From Magallana gigas (lineage: Eukaryota), in contig NC_088854.1 of assembly GCF_963853765.1 (NCBI RefSeq), forward strand, positions 28,768,001 through 28,832,000: 64,000 nucleotides of DNA. Reading direction: 5' to 3'. Shown here one piece after another: positions 62,472-64,000 of this stretch (position 1 is its first letter; the number at the start of each line of letters is the position of its first letter). The position numbers and the translations under genes are program-made. The notes under the pieces were generated by a model. It ran no database searches and was not told the DNA's origin. It saw only the letters and a program-made list of their open reading frames with translations.

Positions 62472-63222
62472 TAAAAGTGAGATTCTAAAATTCGCAAGAT
62501 GTGCTTCTCGCATTTTTACGCAGACAATAATTCCTCACGTTTAATAAAGAATCTACAGTACCTAAAAAAAGAGTGTGTAAAAATTTCAAACATCTGCAAT
62601 TAATAGGTGCTAAGTATGCAGACAGACATCACACAAGGGTAAAACAGTAAACCCCCCTCCTTTGGAGCAGGGGTATAACAAAAGATTATATCAGCAAGGT
62701 AATTTGCCCCTTGTTTTAATAAGTTATTAAAACTTTTTTCAGCTGTTCTGCTCTTAAAAAGATCGGTTGCATATCAGAACTGATTATCTAACAAGAGGTT
62801 AAGATATCCTAAAGATTACCAACAATAACCAAAAATGGATGCCAATTAGTCCTCTAATGGACCAACTGATATGACCAAAAAAAATCAAAATTGGGAACTT
62901 TTTAAATGAAGTTCTTCCAAATAACTAAATTAAAATCAAACATGGATACTGTATCAAAAAAGCATGATATTGTAATTTTATAGCCTGAATTTACACTTTT
63001 TAACATCAAGCTTTAATGTATACAAAAACCAAGATTCCACCGTACGTCATCTAACATGCTGTTGTTTCCCCTGAAAAGAGCCATGAAGGTCCTGTTGCTG
63101 TAGTCAGTCATGGAGAGGCACGCCGCTGTGTGGTTGTTACAGTGAACAAAGCAAGACACGCATGGCTTCCGCTCAGTTGGATCTCCCACAAATCGACTCT
63201 TACACAAACTACACTGGCGGCC
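53371..63222 (-). CDS. MEGF8: Multiple EGF-like domains protein 8, last five exons (5' part lies beyond the window)
   Basis: Exons 63222-63046, 58542-58400, 55387-55255, 54673-54454 and 54317-53371, with compatible phases. Laminin-EGF repeats (CQCNGHSDTC, CSKCKEYFIGDPTNGHHCY), EYCFDPDTQTNC...GRTVFFAVQPRYLNVDIRITIDVT, TM segment RQDQPHIDLFVFFSVFFSCFFLFLAMCVLLWK, cytoplasmic MASRPFAKV motif and QLPG...LCLG. Confidence 0.95.
55640..56130 (+). mobile_element. Degenerate LINE RT fragment (CR1/L2/RTE-X-like)
   Basis: FADDLVLISESPSGLQLCLNALEKHCTDW..NIDKT, with later YLG and GSEIW motifs, broken by frameshifts. Confidence 0.8.
56185..56564. mobile_element. Tc1/mariner-type MITE, 380 bp, TA TSD
   Basis: TA|CAGTATCGATCAAACGCAACC ... 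GGTTGGGTCTGATTGGTACTG|TA, with internal GGGTTTACT words. Confidence 0.8.
57600..58221 (+). mobile_element. Helentron-like element with ~3.5 monomers (~145-168 bp) and terminal hairpin
   Basis: Monomer word AATTTCAC.ATTTAGGTAGAGG at ~57704, 57872 and 58016. 13-bp stem TAGGTCACCTGAG-TGA-CTCAGGTGACCTA at 58193-58221. The left boundary is uncertain. Confidence 0.8.
58300..58425. repeat. Three ~43-bp tandem units straddling a MEGF8 exon/intron boundary
   Basis: GCATCCACT recurs at 58323, 58365 and 58409. Confidence 0.8.
58655..59295 (+). mobile_element. Truncated relative of the 59698-62467 Helentron-like element
   Basis: Shares the start AAACAAGAGGCCC.TGGGCCACAT.GCTCACCTGAG, has one to two degenerate monomers, and lacks the terminal hairpin. 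Confidence 0.75.
59565..62558. mobile_element. Copy of the 35796-36013 TA-MITE, split into 59565-59697 and 62468-62558
   Basis: The joined flanks TAGTTTCATTTAGTTTACACCTGTCT|AAAATAAAAGTGAGATTCTAAAATTCGCAAGATGTGCTTC match the reverse complement of the MITE interior. TIR remnants CAGATTCCTTATT and AAGAATCTACAG|TA are present. Confidence 0.75.
59698..62467 (+). mobile_element. Complete Helentron-like/pearl element carrying a 13-monomer ~169-bp satellite (Cg170-like)
   Basis: Start AAACAAGAGG..GCTCACCTGAG, tandem array ~60046-62243, (GACG/GACA)n ~62386-62420, and terminal hairpin TAGCTCACTTGAGC-TTTCA-GCTCAGGTGAGCTA at 62435-62467. The Cg170 name is from recall of the consensus, not an alignment. 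Confidence 0.9.
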
Positions 63223-63714
63223 CTAAAAGAAATAAAAAGATCTGGTGCATGAAAAATTGAAGGAATTAAATGCATTGAAAAACTATGCATTAAAATTTGA
63301 TATGAATGGTGCACAAGAGATAAAATGTAAAATGAATGATTTGAAAGTATTGCTTAATAGAATTACTATCAAATCATTTGTTTTGCTTCTAATTGAGATC
63401 TTACATGAAGCTGGCATACGGGTAAAAGTTTTAATAAAGATTCACATGAAAAAAAAATGTGGCAATAAACTTGATAAACTTGAGAATATAAAATCCCAGG
63501 CACCAAACTTTTGTAATAATTTCATAAAGTTTACAGCTGTCAAAAACATAGGTAATCACTGTAAAAATTGCATGCACAATGCATTGTTATGTATTTGTAA
63601 ATATAATAGATACTATAAAAAAAACATTTAATCAATTACTTTATCTATCATTTTAATACATTATTATGATAATTGTTTTAATGAGGTATTTGATGTTGGC
63701 AAATTCACAAGTCT

Positions 63715-63792
63715 CTATTCAAAGGTCACCTCTGTTAAGAGGTCACTTTGGGTGCCTCCCACAGGTGACTACTTAATACAAGTTTGACTGTA
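63715..63792. mobile_element. Single end of a Tc1-like MITE
   Basis: Ends in CAAGTTTGACTG|TA. The partner TIR was not found. Confidence 0.4.
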
Positions 63793-64000
63793 CTTACATG
63801 TACAAAAGGCTACATAAAATTAATCTTTAGATTTTCATCCCGTCTGCCCCTCTGAAAGTGGCCAGCCCCGATGTATATTATTTTATCTTAATAAAAAAAG
63901 CGCAAGAAAAATTTCAGGAAAAAAAATCGTTTGACTCTAGTCATGTTTGTTATCATAGGATACTCATGTCTTCATGCATTTACAGTTAAGTTGAAATAAA

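Larger units (their letters stand above)
59300..62690 (+). mobile_element. Outer Helentron-like element of the 28-kb family, split into 59300-59564 and 62561-62690
   Basis: AAATTTCAAGCATCTGCGA..A.TAGTTGCTGAGA matches the reverse complement of the 28-kb monomer. The end GACAGAC..CACAAGGGTAAAACAGTA.ACCCCC...GGGGTATAA matches its hairpin end. Confidence 0.72.

Noticed and set aside
63245-63631. 128-aa Lys/Asn-rich plus-strand ORF
   Set aside because: AT-rich, internally repetitive intron sequence antisense to MEGF8, with no domain.
1-64000. tRNA, rRNA, snRNA, snoRNA and conserved miRNA genes; U12-type introns
   Set aside because: None was recognised by eye, and all reconstructed introns are ordinary GT-AG. 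A covariance-model (Infernal/tRNAscan) search would be needed to exclude small RNAs.

Overview
Eukaryotic, AT-rich genomic DNA, most likely an ostreid oyster (Crassostrea/Magallana-like). This is inferred from pearl/Helentron-type elements carrying ~166-170 bp satellite cores, not from a database match. No prokaryotic system, CRISPR array, rRNA or tRNA was seen. Three spliced genes could be rebuilt by hand with consistent intron phases. (1) A complete FUBP1/KHSRP/Psi-family KH-domain gene on the minus strand (18 coding exons, 711 aa, 12122->4650). (2) A complete heparan sulfate 2-O-sulfotransferase gene on the plus strand, head-to-head with it across ~0.6 kb (8 exons, 365 aa, 12737->34273, plus a probable 27-nt in-frame microexon). 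(3) The last five exons of MEGF8 on the minus strand (63222->53371). Between HS2ST and MEGF8, the HS2ST 3' region is tandemly multiplied in what look like two rounds. It is interrupted by an old CR1/L2/RTE-X-type LINE, which itself carries a young 5'-truncated L1/Tx1 element with an intact RT ORF, poly(A) tail and 14-bp TSD. Other repeats are a non-autonomous Helitron, several MITEs, two long palindromes and Helentron-like elements, including a three-level nest with a 13-monomer satellite showing higher-order structure. The most interesting unexplained signals are candidate antisense coding/exon segments inside the long HS2ST introns, a possible 3'UTR-intron/NMD switch in FUBP, the HS2ST microexon, and the Tx1 element's HADD motif and duplicated 3'UTR stem-loops. 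Percent identities are by-eye estimates.
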